Source of the DNA: an uncultured delta proteobacterium
GTDB lineage: Bacteria > Desulfobacterota > Desulfuromonadia > Desulfuromonadales > JACZKF01
Direction: 5' to 3'
Assembly: GCA_963816395.1 (NCBI GenBank)
Contig: CAWFKQ010000007.1
Coordinates: 96,001 to 160,000, forward strand
DNA: 64,000 nt
The notes under the pieces were generated by a model, which saw only the letters and a program-made list of their open reading frames with translations, was not told the DNA's origin and did not search any database. The translations under genes and the position numbers were made by a program. Of the stretch, positions 29,133 through 41,350 are shown in pieces; within the stretch, counting starts at the first letter, position 1, and each line of letters begins with the position of its first letter.

Positions 29133-30545
29133 TCAGCAGCTGCCGCGCCCGGCGAGAACCACTCCGAGCGTCTTGAGGAGTATCTTCAGATCGAGCCAGA
29201 GATTCCACTCGTCGATGTATTTCAGATCAAGGCGGACGATCTCATCAAAATCGTTGATATTGCTGCGGCCGCTCACCTGCCACAGGCCGGTGATGCCCGG
29301 GCGGATACTGATCCGCCGGCGCTGCCAGTTCTGATATCGGCAGACCTCTTCGGCCGTCGGCGGCCGCGTCCCGACCAGGCTCATCTCCCCCCGGAGAACA
29401 TTCCAGAACTGGGGGAATTCATCCAGGCTGGTGCGCCGGAGAAACCGCCCCACCCGCGTCACCCGGGGATCATTGTGGATCTTGAAGATGGCGCCGTTCA
29501 TCTCATTGCAGGCCAGCAGTGCGCCCCGAAGCTCCTCGGCATCACGCTGCATGGTACGAAACTTCCAGCAGCGGAATGCCCGGCCCGCCTCCCCTATCCG
29601 CTCCTGACTGAAAAAGAGCGGCCCCCGCGAATCGAGCTTGATAGCGAGGGCAACCCATGGGAAAAGCACCGCGGTTACCGCTAATCCCACCAGGGACCCG
29701 GTGATGTCCAGCCCACGTTTGGCGAGGAGCTGCTGCGCATCCAGAGACTTGGTATGAAAGGTGAGGATTGGGATGTCCTGATGGAAGAAGCTGAGTTCCT
29801 TCTTTGACCGATCGATCTGGTAGAAATCAAGCACCATGCGCACGGTAATCCCAAGCTCTTCCAGGTCCCGCACGTAGGCTTCGGCATCGAAAAAGAGGTC
29901 CTTGGGCAGGCAGAAAACGACTTCATCGACGGTCTGCCGTTTGCAGATGTCCACCAGATCCCGCACATATCCCATTACCTGATGACCTTCCACAGCCAGC
30001 ACCATGGGCTGATCGTCCATCTGTACCAGCCCGAGAACCCGCAGCCCCCAATCGGCGTGCTCCTGCAACAGATGACTGAAGCGCAGGGCTCTTTCCCGGG
30101 TGCCGACAATTAAAATGTTGCGAAAATTAAACCCCCTTCGGCGCAGATGGCCGAGAGCCAGGCGAGCACTGCCTTTCTCCAGGGTGAGAAGCGAAAAGGA
30201 TAGCGTCAGGAAAATGAGAAACAGGCTGCGGCTGAACGCCAGCCGGTCAAAGAAGTAAAGCGCCGAGGCGGCAATCAGCGCACCCCACAGATGGACGTTA
30301 GCGAGGCGGGTGAAGAGGTCGAAAAGAGATAATTGCCGGATGGAGCCGTACAGGTGATGGCGCGCCAGCAGGTAAATCCATACCGGCAGCACGACCATGA
30401 GAATCCAGACATATTCTCGGAGCGGAAAAAGGGGTGGCGAGAAATTCCGTCGGACCGCGTAGGCCGATAAAAAAGCCGCCAGAATGACCAGGAGATCGAC
30501 TCCGATGCAGAGGCGTTTGAAAAGCTTTGCCTGCTCTTTAAGCAT
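29133..30545 (-). CDS. Polyprenyl-phosphate priming sugar transferase (WcaJ/CpsE-like)
   Basis: N-terminal TM helices; KR.LDI, KFRTM, DPRVT.VG.FLR.TSLDE.PQ..NVL.GEMSLVG.RP. Confidence 0.92.
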   Translation of the reverse strand: MLKEQAKLFKRLCIGVDLLVILAAFLSAYAVRRNFSPPLFPLREYVWILMVVLPVWIYLLARHHLYGSIRQLSLFDLFTRLANVHLWGALIAASALYFFDRLAFSRSLFLIFLTLSFSLLTLEKGSARLALGHLRRRGFNFRNILIVGTRERALRFSHLLQEHADWGLRVLGLVQMDDQPMVLAVEGHQVMGYVRDLVDICKRQTVDEVVFCLPKDLFFDAEAYVRDLEELGITVRMVLDFYQIDRSKKELSFFHQDIPILTFHTKSLDAQQLLAKRGLDITGSLVGLAVTAVLFPWVALAIKLDSRGPLFFSQERIGEAGRAFRCWKFRTMQRDAEELRGALLACNEMNGAIFKIHNDPRVTRVGRFLRRTSLDEFPQFWNVLRGEMSLVGTRPPTAEEVCRYQNWQRRRISIRPGITGLWQVSGRSNINDFDEIVRLDLKYIDEWNLWLDLKILLKTLGVVLAGRGSC

Positions 30546-30688
30546 GGCTGGCTAATTCCTCTTATCCATCCATCCGGTTCCGGTATCGGACTCCGGAGCC
30601 TCCGGAAATGTGAGGAAGTGAGCTGAGAATGAGCCGAGCTGCGCTCCGCCGTCCAGGGGGAAAGCGCCGCCGGAAGACACCCCGGAAA

Positions 30689-31639
30689 TCAATCGACCAC
30701 CGCCTCCGGCTGCTTGCGCAAAGTGGATATATCAGAGGGAATCCGCCAGAAATTCTTCTGCATGCTCAAGTGGCGCTTCAGCATCCGTGGGATAAACCTT
30801 TCCTCCAGCCCGGCCCGGAAACCGAGGTAGCGTACGGGCAACCGGCCCAGGGCCGAGAGAATGAGAGCAGGCCGCGTCTGCCGCAGGAATTTGAGCTCCG
30901 AGCTGAGAAAACGCAGGCCTTCTTTTTCGGCCCCACCGAAGGTCTGCCGGATCCATGGTTCCCGGGCATGAAAGACCCCAATGTCGAAATAACGTTGGAA
31001 TTCCTCCCACAGGGAATAACCATGAGAATGATAGACCTGGGCTTCCGCGCAGTAGGCGACTTTCCACCCGGCCAGCAACATACGGGCAGACACCAGAGTA
31101 TCCTCACTAACGATGTTTTTTCCCGGGAAGCCCCCCACCGCCGCCAAGCGCTTCATAGCGATAAGCGGCAAAGCTATTGGAAAGAAATGCCGCCTTCAAC
31201 CCCAACCTCGGAATATCGGCGACGGTCTTGACCTGACTGATCGAAGGATAGTTGAAAAGCCGGGCGTGCTCCTCGATGGCACCGGCCCCGGGCTTCGGCA
31301 GTTGCCGGCCGAAAACGGCCCCGACCTTCCCGTCGGCAAAACAGGAGACCAGGTTGGCGACTGCGTCGGGCCCGCCGGCACCGCATCTTCAGTGAGAAAA
31401 ACGATAATATCCGCTCCCGCCAGGATTTCCGCCCCCAACCGGCGTGTTCCCCCATGGTCGAAGCTCTCGCCGGCGATGCGCAGAATCCGGCCGAAATCTC
31501 GGACTTCACCGGGGAAACCTCCTGGGGAGGAATCCAGGAACAGAACCTGGCTGAATTGCATCCGCTGGCTGCGCAGAGCGGCGCATTGCCGGTTGAAGAA
31601 CCCGGGGCGAAAAACCGGTATGCACAAGCTGACTTTCAT
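30689..31639 (-). CDS. GT2 rhamnosyltransferase-like protein (two frameshifts)
   Basis: DSS, FDHGGTR, FLT.DA, SED...A.MLL.G.KVAY...V.HSH.Y....F.RYFDIG. Confidence 0.8.
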
Positions 31640-31641
31640 AG

Positions 31642-32574
31642 TCAGACCAGCAGTAGAAGAGCAAAATTGCGCGCTAATCCACACTTAAAAAAATTGAATT
31701 CGAAAATTCTAATTCTACGGAGAAAAAAATTTTCTCGCCCGAGACAGGCATATGCTTTGATCATTTCCCTCTGTCGAGGCCCCATCTTCTCGCCGAAGAC
31801 TTCCAGAAATGCCGCCGCCTGCCGCCTGGTCCGGGCCAGCGAGGAACGAAGGTCACGGTAACCGGCCATTCGGCCGCACAGGTAAGACAGACTCCAACCC
31901 CGAGCGCCGATCTGGTTGCCGGCATGCTGCCGATAGGCCACGGTCTGACACGGCAGATAGGCGATCCGGCCGAAGGCGGCAGCCGTCAGGGCAAGCCACC
32001 AGTCATGCATGATGGCTCCGGCGGGTATGGAGCGGCACAGGTCGCGCAGCGGTGCATTGATCATGGCGGTACTCCCGGTGATGACGTTCTGAACCAGCAG
32101 GCGGTTGAGACGCCCTCCCCCTTCCGGGTCCAGATGCTGATGCCGCCGGAACGAGGCGGCGACCAGGCGCGCATCGCGGTCGACCACCTGCAGATCGGTA
32201 TGAACCAGCAAGGGAGTATGTTTCCCGTATTCCTCTTCCAGTCGATGCATCGTTTCCAGGGTGACAGCAAGCTTTTCAGGCTTCCAGATGTCGTCCTGAT
32301 CACAGAAAGTCAGGTACTCGCCCTCTGAGTGTCGAAGCAGATGGCTGAAATTTCCACAGGCCCCTGCCCTTCCCTGCGGTCCAGCAACCACCCTGATCCG
32401 CTCCGGCCAGCGGTCGGCAAGAGCGCGCAGGAGGTCGGGCGTACCATCGGTGGAGCCGTCATCGCTGATCAGCAGCTTCCATCGCGGATAGGACTGCCGC
32501 AGGATGGATGCGATCTGCTTCGGCAAGTATTTCCGGCCGTTGCAGGTGGCCAGCAGGATTTCGATCTCGGCCAT
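31642..32574 (-). CDS. GT2 glycosyltransferase (RgpB-like rhamnosyltransferase)
   Basis: ILLAT.NG..YL..QI.SI, DDGSTD, FCDQDD, MHDWWL, YRQH..N.IGA. Confidence 0.88.
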   Translation of the reverse strand: MAEIEILLATCNGRKYLPKQIASILRQSYPRWKLLISDDGSTDGTPDLLRALADRWPERIRVVAGPQGRAGACGNFSHLLRHSEGEYLTFCDQDDIWKPEKLAVTLETMHRLEEEYGKHTPLLVHTDLQVVDRDARLVAASFRRHQHLDPEGGGRLNRLLVQNVITGSTAMINAPLRDLCRSIPAGAIMHDWWLALTAAAFGRIAYLPCQTVAYRQHAGNQIGARGWSLSYLCGRMAGYRDLRSSLARTRRQAAAFLEVFGEKMGPRQREMIKAYACLGRENFFLRRIRIFEFNFFKCGLARNFALLLLV

Positions 32575-33568
32575 GTACCTCTGCTCCCTGGACGCCGGTC
32601 CGGACCGGCGGTTGGCGGTAACCCAGCTCCTTCTGCAGACAGCGCCTGGGCACGCTGGCAATGTCATAGTTGATGGCGGAAATCAGCAGCTGAAACCCAA
32701 GCAGAATCGGCAGGGCCGCAACCATGACCGTTCCGCTGGTCGCCGGCAGGCCTCTGGCCATGGAAAGATACCAGTGCCAGGCGCCGAACCCCGCCCCGCC
32801 GGCCAGCAGCAGACCGCCTAACAGGAGTTCCACGGTGCCGGCGTTAAAATCACGTAAGAAATAATTATAGAATATTCTTTTTAAAAATCTATTAACATAC
32901 TTCACCGGAAATTCCATCGCCACCCGCCGGATCTTGAGGCTGCTCGCCTCCTCTCCGTAGAATGACGGCATGGGGACATCCCGCACGACCGCCCGGACGA
33001 TGTTCAAGCGAAAGAGCATGTCGCTTTCAAAGAAATAGCGCCGGTCCAATTTCTCCAGGGGAAGCCGTCGCAGGGCCGCGGCATGAATGGCGGTATAGCC
33101 GTTGGTCGGGTCCATGATGTCCCAGTAGCCGCTGACCGCCTTGCTGACAAAGGAAAGGACCGAGTTGCCGAAAAGCCGCAGGCGCGGCATGGCGGCGAGA
33201 AATTCGATGTCGAAGAAGCGGTTTCCCTTGGTGTAGTCGGCCGCGCCGTCGAGGAGCGGTTCTGGACAATGCAGGGGAGAAACGCGGGATCCATCTGGCC
33301 GTCACCGTCAATCTTGACCAGCACCTCGCCCCATCTGCCAATGCCTTGCCGGTAGCCGCGTGACCATGGCGCCGCCCACCCCCTGATTCTCCGCGATGAA
33401 AAAGAACACGACCCGCGGATCGGGACATCGCTCCCGGACAAATCGGCCGCACTCCTCCGGACAGCAGTCATCGACCACGTAGATGGCTGCGACCTCAGCC
33501 CCGATCCGAGCAATGAGTCCAAGCACCTGCTGGCGGACGCGGTAGCAGGGGATGATGACGGCGATCAT
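32459..33568 (-). CDS. GT2 polyprenol-phosphate glycosyltransferase (DPM1/GtrB-like) with C-terminal TM helices (frameshifted; 3' end uncertain)
   Basis: VIIPCY, VVDD, NQGVGGA, KIDGDGQMDP, DPTNGY, FFESDML. Confidence 0.82.
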
Positions 33569-33678
33569 CTCCCAACCCTCCCTCGCCGGCGGAAATTGCC
33601 ATGCCGGCAGACAAAGTATTCGAGACCATTCCCCTTTTCATTCCACATTTCAGATCAACGGCCGTCCACTCGTGGCCC

Positions 33679-34032
33679 TTACCGGGCTATGACTACGATG
33701 CCGGAGAAGATCAGCAGATTGCCGAGCAGGTGGCGCATCCCGAAAGGCTCCCCGAGAAAAAAGCTGCTCAGCAGCGGCACCAGAAAAAACGCCAGAGCCA
33801 TGAATGGATAAGCGAGATTCAGGGGCACCGTGCGCAGCACCCAGACCCAGAGGAAAGTGGTACCCATGTAAATGGCCAGCGCGGATAGAAAATACGGATT
33901 GACGAAGCGCCAGAGGATGAACGCCCCCCCCTCCCCCCGCGCCATGGCCAAAGCAGCCAGTTTGAAAAGGATCTGGCCGGCGGTCATGCCGGCAACAACC
34001 AGAAGAATATGCAGAATCTCGCTGCCTTTCAT
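33679..34032 (-). CDS. Small 4-TM EamA/ArnE-like transporter (possible lipid-sugar flippase)
   Basis: GQILFK, W..VLR.VPL.LAYPF.AL, FLGE; 117 aa. Confidence 0.78.
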   Translation of the reverse strand: MKGSEILHILLVVAGMTAGQILFKLAALAMARGEGGAFILWRFVNPYFLSALAIYMGTTFLWVWVLRTVPLNLAYPFMALAFFLVPLLSSFFLGEPFGMRHLLGNLLIFSGIVVIAR

Positions 34033-35810
34033 ATTCCAGCCGCTCCCTCCCGGAGAAGACTCCGGCATCCATGGATGGGGGAACTCAAAAGAAATTTACC
34101 TTCCTGGTCGCCAGTGGAGACGGTTACGCAGATCTTTTCCTGGGAAGTCCGCGCCTGCTCTTCGTCAGCAAAATCCAGAGTGATGGTGAAGCCGCTTTTA
34201 AGGTAATGCGGGTCACCGAGAGCCTGTGCCACATCCGGACGAAGTTCCCTCAAGCCCGTGATCTTCTCCGGCACCACCAGCGTGACGATGCGGATCGTAA
34301 CGCCAGTGGCATCATCGCGTAACGGCGACCAGCCACGCAGAAGAAGCTGATTGCCCCGGCGCGTGACGTCGTCGAGGAAGCCGGCGATGCGGACTGCCGG
34401 AGCCGTCTCCTGCGGCAGGACCGCCTGATATTCGATCGACTCCGGCGCCTGCAATGGGCTAGTGAACGGCAGGGCGCGCCAGGCCCGCCCCCAGTCGCCG
34501 TCGTAATAGCGGGCCACTGTTTCCCGAAAAAACAGGACGCCGAACACGGCCAGGTAAAACAGAAAAGCATAGCGGGCCCAGGCATGCCGGTGAACCAGGA
34601 GCATGGCAAGGCCGATCGAAACCGGGAGGAAATACCGCCCCTGCAGAACGAACCCGTAGCGGGGGAGCATCAGGTACTCTACAGCGAACATTCCGGCTGC
34701 AAATACCATCGAGAAGAGAAGGGAATACCAAGTGAAGCGGATGGCGACCCATTCCCTCCAACCGGCCAGGACGAGGGCGGCGTTGACCGCCACCAGGCCA
34801 TAGAGCACCAAGTAGCAGGGGTTCGGCAGGGCGTAATCGAGCCAGCCGAGAATTCCCCAGTAGGACTTGACAAGAAAGGAATAATGGTTCCGGGAAAAAT
34901 ATTCCCAGAGGTTTAGATGGACCGGGATCCCGGCGAAAGCGATATGGTCCGGCCGGGGAGCCCAGGCATAGAAACCGAAAAAAGTCACCACCAGCGCTGC
35001 CAGACAGACCAGAAGACTGCGGCGGAAGCGGAATCCCTCTCTACGGAAAAGCGCGCCCCCTGAAGTAAGCGCCACCGTGGGGAAAAGGACCAGGGCGGGC
35101 GGCTTGGTCAAACCGGCCGCCACGAGAGCGGCAAAACCGAGATATCCTATTTCCCGGTCGCAGAAGACAAGCCGGTAAAAACCGATCAAAACCAGGGTAA
35201 CCGCCGGATAGAAAAGAACATCGGGGTTGATGCTGGAGGACATGAAAGCCAGCATGGGGTTCATGACGATAAATAAAAAGACCGAACGGCGGTATGGCAG
35301 TTCCCGGGGGAGAAAGATGTAGACGAGAAACCACCCCAGAGCGGCCAGCAGCGAGGAGGCTAGACGGTAGAGGTAAACACTGTCATACGGCGAGGCCCCA
35401 ACGAGATCCGTCGCCCCCTGCCCCAGAACGAACACTGACAGGTAGTAAAGAAAAGGATAATTGAAGGCTGTGGTGTATTGCTCCGCCTCCCCTTTCTTCT
35501 GCGACCAGCGCAAGTTCTTCAGCAAAGTGATGTCAGCGTCGCTGATGCTTGAAGCCGAGTGGAAGGGAATCTCATGAAGAACACTGGCTTCCCCCAGCGG
35601 GTTAAGATATTTTTGCGCAACTCGCACCTTCGTTCTCTGCAACACCAGAGGCTTCTCCGTCACCGCATAGATTTTTACCGCATGGCTGAATTCGTCAGGC
35701 GCCTGGAAGGGTGGCTTGATGAGGCCCCAGGCGGCAAACCAGAGGAACAAGGCAGTAAACAGCCCCGCCAATTTCAGGGGCTGTACACCTCTCACAGAAA
35801 AACCTCCCAT
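34029..35810 (-). CDS. DUF2142-type polytopic membrane protein (GT-C-like) with C-terminal soluble domain; start uncertain
   Basis: PPFQAPDE..H, NYP..YY, S.NPD, TK, QGRYFLP; about 11 TM segments. Confidence 0.75.
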   Translation of the reverse strand: MGGFSVRGVQPLKLAGLFTALFLWFAAWGLIKPPFQAPDEFSHAVKIYAVTEKPLVLQRTKVRVAQKYLNPLGEASVLHEIPFHSASSISDADITLLKNLRWSQKKGEAEQYTTAFNYPFLYYLSVFVLGQGATDLVGASPYDSVYLYRLASSLLAALGWFLVYIFLPRELPYRRSVFLFIVMNPMLAFMSSSINPDVLFYPAVTLVLIGFYRLVFCDREIGYLGFAALVAAGLTKPPALVLFPTVALTSGGALFRREGFRFRRSLLVCLAALVVTFFGFYAWAPRPDHIAFAGIPVHLNLWEYFSRNHYSFLVKSYWGILGWLDYALPNPCYLVLYGLVAVNAALVLAGWREWVAIRFTWYSLLFSMVFAAGMFAVEYLMLPRYGFVLQGRYFLPVSIGLAMLLVHRHAWARYAFLFYLAVFGVLFFRETVARYYDGDWGRAWRALPFTSPLQAPESIEYQAVLPQETAPAVRIAGFLDDVTRRGNQLLLRGWSPLRDDATGVTIRIVTLVVPEKITGLRELRPDVAQALGDPHYLKSGFTITLDFADEEQARTSQEKICVTVSTGDQEGKFLLSSPIHGCRSLLREGAAGI

Positions 35811-36104
35811 GCACTTTCGGTCCGCGGCGGGAAAGCCAGGGTGAAGCTCTCTGCGCCTAGACTGAAGTTGGAGTTGCAGGCCTTGTCGCTCTCCAATAGG
35901 TTTCCACATTGCCGTTGCATGTAATCGATTCCCGGCCAAGAGCTTTGCGAAGATAGTCTCGGCGTGTAGGTTTTATAAGTTACTTCATGAGCAGCACTTT
36001 GGTCTCGGCCGAAAGGCAGGCGATTTAAGAGGATTCGATAAATTCCCAGCCAAATACCTTGTCGACTTCATAACCCGACCGAATCTTTAAGAGTGAAATC
36101 ACGA

Positions 36105-37902
36105 TTACGGGTGCTGCCCCAGGCATCGAAATTTCGGATCGGAGCGAGTCAAGGGATGAGCTCCCACCGCTCCTCCGTCACGAATTCGACCAGCGGCATC
36201 GCCATGGACAACGGGGGGAAGCCGAAAAATTGATCTGCTGCGCAAGTCGTTAAAACTACGGCCAAATTCGACCATGCCGGCGACTATATTGGAGCTGATC
36301 TGCGCTAGGTTACCGGTTTCACCCCTGACCCCGATCCTCCACTGCCGCAATGCTCCCGCCGGAAGAGCAAGACAGGCCAACCACTGAGTGGTGTGGAGCC
36401 GAGAAGAAAAGTTCGACGGCTATACGGTTTTCATAAAGGCGAGCGACAAGATCGGCGCTAACGGAGGGCGGAGAAAAAAGGGCAGTCATGCGTCGGTGAG
36501 ATTGGCGTTCCCACCGCCCTGGCGTGTCGGCCAGGCAAAAATAGTAGCCGAAAACCTCCAGGTCGATCAGATTTCGGATAGCGAGTTCAAAGGCGTCCTG
36601 GGTCGTACCGTTCCAGCCGATATCGACCAGCGCCACGCGGCTTCCCGCCCGGATACCGAGGGCCTTCAGGTAGGAAAAAAGCGCCCGCCGGTTGCGCCGA
36701 CAAATTTTGAGAATCTCCCAGCGGTAGGCATAAAGAAATCCGGCAAGCTGATCGAGGCGGGCATGGGTGACCACCGCCGCCTCGTCAAGGCCGAAACCTT
36801 CCATAATCCCTTTATCGGGCACGGAAACATCGATTCGTTCCAGAAGCTCGGCCGGGGATAGCCCTTCGGCGCCGGAGAGCAGGAAAGGAATAAACTCCAG
36901 AAAATTTGCATCGTTCATGGCCGAGAGGGTAAACGCCGTTCGGGAGCCGAGAAAATAATGATGGGGCGGAAGCTGCCCGCAGATGCCCGAATCCGCGAGA
37001 TGATGGAGAATGTAGCCATCACGCGCCAGGAACAGGACGTGGTCGATCCGGTCACATCGGGACTTTTCGCCGATCCAGTCCAGGAATCCGACGGCCGCCG
37101 CCCCGCCATAGAGGAAACCCAGCTCCTGACAGGAGTCTGGGAGAATCCCGCTGCGATGCTTTCGCAGCAGACCTCGCGCCAGGGAAGTCTCCGGTGAACA
37201 GAAACGCAGGGCCTGGGGCTTGCGCTGTTCCGAGTAAAAGTGAACCGAAAGTCCCCTGGCTTCGGCCTGCCGAATATCAGATTGGAGATTGTCCCCGATG
37301 TGCAGAATCCGCTCAGGCGCAAGCCGCAGTTCGGCGGCAAGGAGATCGAACAATTCACCCCGGTCGCGCTTCGTGGCATTGCGGTCGGAGGAAATAAAGA
37401 GCGGCACCTCGGCCAGATCGTGCCGCCGGAGAGCCTCCCGAAAGAAATCGGCCGGCAGATACATGTCGGAAGTAATGGCCACCGGTTTGCCGGTGTTCAG
37501 AGCGAGGTTGAAGATATCGAGCATTTCCGCATTGGGGTGAAGAAGCGAAAGCTCGAGTTCGTACTCGGCTCGCATAGCATCTTGCGGCGCGACAGGAAGC
37601 CGGTCAAAACAGGTATAGATATCTTCCAGAGTGATCTCCCGGCGTCCCGCTTTCCGTATGCGCCTGAATGCCTCTGCCTGCGCCGCGCGGCGACGAGATC
37701 GAAAGTCGTCGATTCCAAAGCGTTTCCCGAGGAGGTCGAAAGCGTCTTCCGGATCAAGCAGGGTGCGCACGAAGAGCGTATCGAAAAAATCGAAAGAGAT
37801 TGCATCGGCAAGGGCCATCTTCTTTTCGAGGGCACCCGACGCATGCATTCGGGTCGATTCGGAGTTCGGATTGGTCGTGTGCATGGAGTTCAGCATGCTC
37901 AT
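36105..37902 (-). CDS. HAD-family hydrolase-like protein of glycan loci (frameshift near 36380)
   Basis: SFDFFDTL..R, SDMYLP, HIGDN..SD, FLARDG, VDIGW.GT.Q. Confidence 0.8.
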
Positions 37903-40900
37903 TTCCCCGCCGTCAGCTCGAGGTTGATTCCATTAGGGTGGAGATTGGGACTGTGAAAGGGATCAAGCTGGAAGTAGTGCGGGTGAGCGTCATAGAGATT
38001 TCTCTTCTCCTGTTGCAGCCGGGTGTGTTTTTCGGGGTCTTCATGATCGATGCCGCGACTGGCGGATTCATGGTGGATCAAACGTACGGCCTGGCATACA
38101 ACATTGTAGAAACCGGTATGATGCAGCCGCATGCAGAGATCGATATCGTTATAGGCAATGGGAAATTCCTCGTTGAATTTCCCGACGGAGATAAACTTTT
38201 GCCGTTCGATCATCAGGCAGGCCCCGGTAACCGCGAGCCAGTTGTATTCCAGAAGATTCCGCATGAAGTAACCGGGAGTGTCGGCGGGCTGCCGCCAAAA
38301 CGCATGGCGCGGGCCTTCCTCAAGGTTGAGCACCCCGGCGTGCTGAACGTCCCGTCCTCCCGGATACAGAAGTTTTGCGCCGACGGTGCCGACATGTTCC
38401 AATTGCGCGTACCCCCCCAGCCGCTGCAGCCAGTCGGCACTTAACACCTCGGTGTCGTCATTCAGGAAGAGCAGGAGTTCTCCGGCAGCCCTCGCCGCGC
38501 CCATGTTGTTTAATTCGGAGAAATTGAAAGGGGCATCATGACGGACTACCTGGATCATCGGGTTTTTAGCAAGGTGATCCAGAATATCCAGTGTTTCCGG
38601 CTTCACTGAACCGTTATCAAGCAGAATGATCTCGAAATTCCGGTAGTCCGTTCTGCCCAGAACGGAATCGATACAGCGTCGAAGAACCGCCCCATTGTCC
38701 CGGGTAGGAATGATGATAGAAACCAAGGGGTTTCCCCGCAGATGATAATTCACCCGAAAATATCCCTTGACCTGCGTCACCGGTTCGACGGTCCCGCTCA
38801 AACCGCGGCGTTTCAACGCATCCTCACGCACACGCCTGGATGCTGCCAGTACATACGGTTTGGCGGCGATATCGGCGGCAGTCGACGAGTCGAGGATTCG
38901 CCAGTGGTAGAGAACCTTCGGGATGTGGCTGATGCGGTTGGTCTTTTCCGTCACGCGAAGGACCAGATCCCAGTCCTGACAGCCGTCGTAAGCGGAGCGG
39001 AAACCGCCGACCTCCAGCATCAGGCTGCGCCGGATACACGACACATGGCAGACGTACATGGTGCTCATCATGGTATCCGGGGACCAGTCCGGCTTGAAGT
39101 GCGGTTCGGAAAAGCGCCCATCCGGAGTGATCTTGTCCTCATCGCTATAGACGAAATCAGGATCTTCGGCGTCGATGCGGAGCGAGAGCTCGAACAGGCA
39201 GTCGGGGGTCAACTCGTCGTCGTGATCGAGCAAGACGACAAAGTCACCAGTGGCCTGCGCCAGTGCGGCATTGGTCGCGCCGGAGATACCGTGATTGCTG
39301 GCCAGATTCAGGACGCTGATCCGGGGATCGTCGATCCGGGCAAGGACCTCTCGGGTTGGCAGGGAGGTACCGGCATCATCAGCAATAATCAGCTGCCAAT
39401 GGGGATACCATTGGGAAGTCACCGATTCGATCGCCTTGCTCAATAATTCCGGGGGCGTGTTGTAAGCCGGCATCAGGATCGAAAAAACGGGGGTTTTAAT
39501 GCCTTCCAGCCGCTGTTCCAGATCGCGTGGGCGGCAAGGGGGGATATACACATAACCCGCAGGCCCCTCCGTGAGAGTGTATCCATGCAGCGGATCATAA
39601 GAGATCGAGGTGGCGGGAACCCGGTTCGGCTCTTCTGCTCTCACGAGAAAACGGGGTGGCCAAGTCGGATCACCCCACCGCGATTTAAAGCCGCCGAGCC
39701 CTTCCCGCCGATAGAGCGAATGCGCTTTTCGCACCATCATCCCAAGCCCGCCGGCGTGTTGCAGCATGGCAGGAATGCGGACCAGGGCTTTCCTGGATTC
39801 CTGGAGATGACGGTTGACGAGCCGCATCGGTGCAGTATATCGCCAGGATTTTGTTCTCTGCAGAGCAGCGGCGAGGTGCTCCACCTCGGTCAGACGCTCG
39901 GTCAAAGCGACATTGGCTTTCTCGGATGCTTCGAGTCGAAGGCAGACTTCTCTTCTTCTCAGCCTCCAACGCGGCGATTCGAGCCTGCGCCTGGTGCAGA
40001 GCACCAGCGAGTTCTTCACATTTGTGCCGCAAGCTGACGATCTCCGCCGTCCGGGGGGCGATGACCCCTTCCAGGTGCGGATGCGCTCTTCCTTTTTCGC
40101 CAGCGCCTCCCTCTGTGTATTCACCGAAACTCGTGCTCCGCCGTCTGCTGCCTGAAACGTCTCGGCCAGCCGCAGAAAATCGGCCGAAGCCGGCCAGGCG
40201 AGCTCGACCTCCAGGCTCCCCCCTTGCCGCAGTTCCGCCAGGACCTGTTCTGGGACCGGCAGACTGGAGCGCCGGGTCGGTGCCCGCGAGCAGCAGAATC
40301 AGGGATTCATCGGTATCCTGCCGCCAGCAGCTGGGCATTCTGCAGGTCCGTCAGCGACTTGCCGCAGATCCGGTTGCCAGAGGGTTTCGCCGCCGGCCTG
40401 CCCGCAGGCGCAGACCGAAGAGGTGCAGAAAGCCCGGCCGGTCCGCCGGATCGAGCCGCAGCTCCGCCGCCCGCTCCAGGGGAGGGATGGGAAAATGCAG
40501 GGTCTGCCGCGCCTCCTCCATCCGCCCGTTGACCGCCAGCGCTGGCGGCCTCAGTAAAATCCTCTCCCGTCTGCCGCCAGTAAAGCTGAGCGACAAAGGG
40601 CCAGGCCGCCGGCACCGGCTCCAGATCACCGCTTCCTACCGGCTCGCTCGGTTCCGCTGCCGCTTCGACCAAAAATTGATAGCTCAGGGCATCGGGGCGG
40701 GAAAGCAGGGCGTGCTGGATCTTCGGCGGCAGGGCGTTAAAGCAGGTGTCGAACTCGGACCGGTCAGGATCCTGCAACACCGCGGTAAGGCGCACCGGGT
40801 GGAGACCGTGCTCCCGCAGCAGTTCCAGCAGGGAGGAGCGGGTGAAGAAGCGCAGATGGGTGCTGTCCAGCAGACCGCTGGGTCGGTAGCGGAATTTCCC

Positions 40901-41350
40901 TTCCAGCAATTCCCCGAGAACCCCGCAATAAGAGACGTTTGGAACGGAGAGCAAAACCCTTCCCGCTGGTTCCAACAGCGCCGGCAACTGCCTGAGCAGT
41001 GCCCCGGGGTCGCGCAGATGTTCGATGATGTCGGCGCAGACGATGACCTGATAACGCCGGCCGGCCAGGAGTTCCGGTAGGCGGACCCGCTCCAGGTCCG
41101 CCTGAAAGAAGTCACGATAGAATCCCCGTGCCAGGCTGGCGGCCTCCGGATCGCAATCGACGCCGTCGACCACGCACCCCTTCTCCGCCGCCAGATAGGC
41201 CCCAAGGGCTCCAGGACCGGTCCCCAGGTCGAGGACCTGCGAACTCGTTGCGATTCGCCGGGCGAGAGCGGAGAGGGAATCCTCTCCCTCGGGATCGATT
41301 ACCCGCTGGTAGCGGCCGGCGTTTTCAAGCAGAGCTGTTTCCGGCATCAT
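37899..41350 (-). CDS. SAM methyltransferase - coiled coil - double GT2 multidomain protein (several frameshifts at 39950-40600)
   Basis: VLDLGTGPG, EHL.DP, LLDSTHLRFFT; heptad region ending TKSWRYTAPMR; two GT2 domains (LDHDD, FLNDDT); no clean gene boundary between them. Confidence 0.72.

Noticed and set aside
30570..30645. TCCGG and TGAG-rich stretch upstream of the priming transferase
   Set aside because: Periodicity too irregular to assign to the repeat families.
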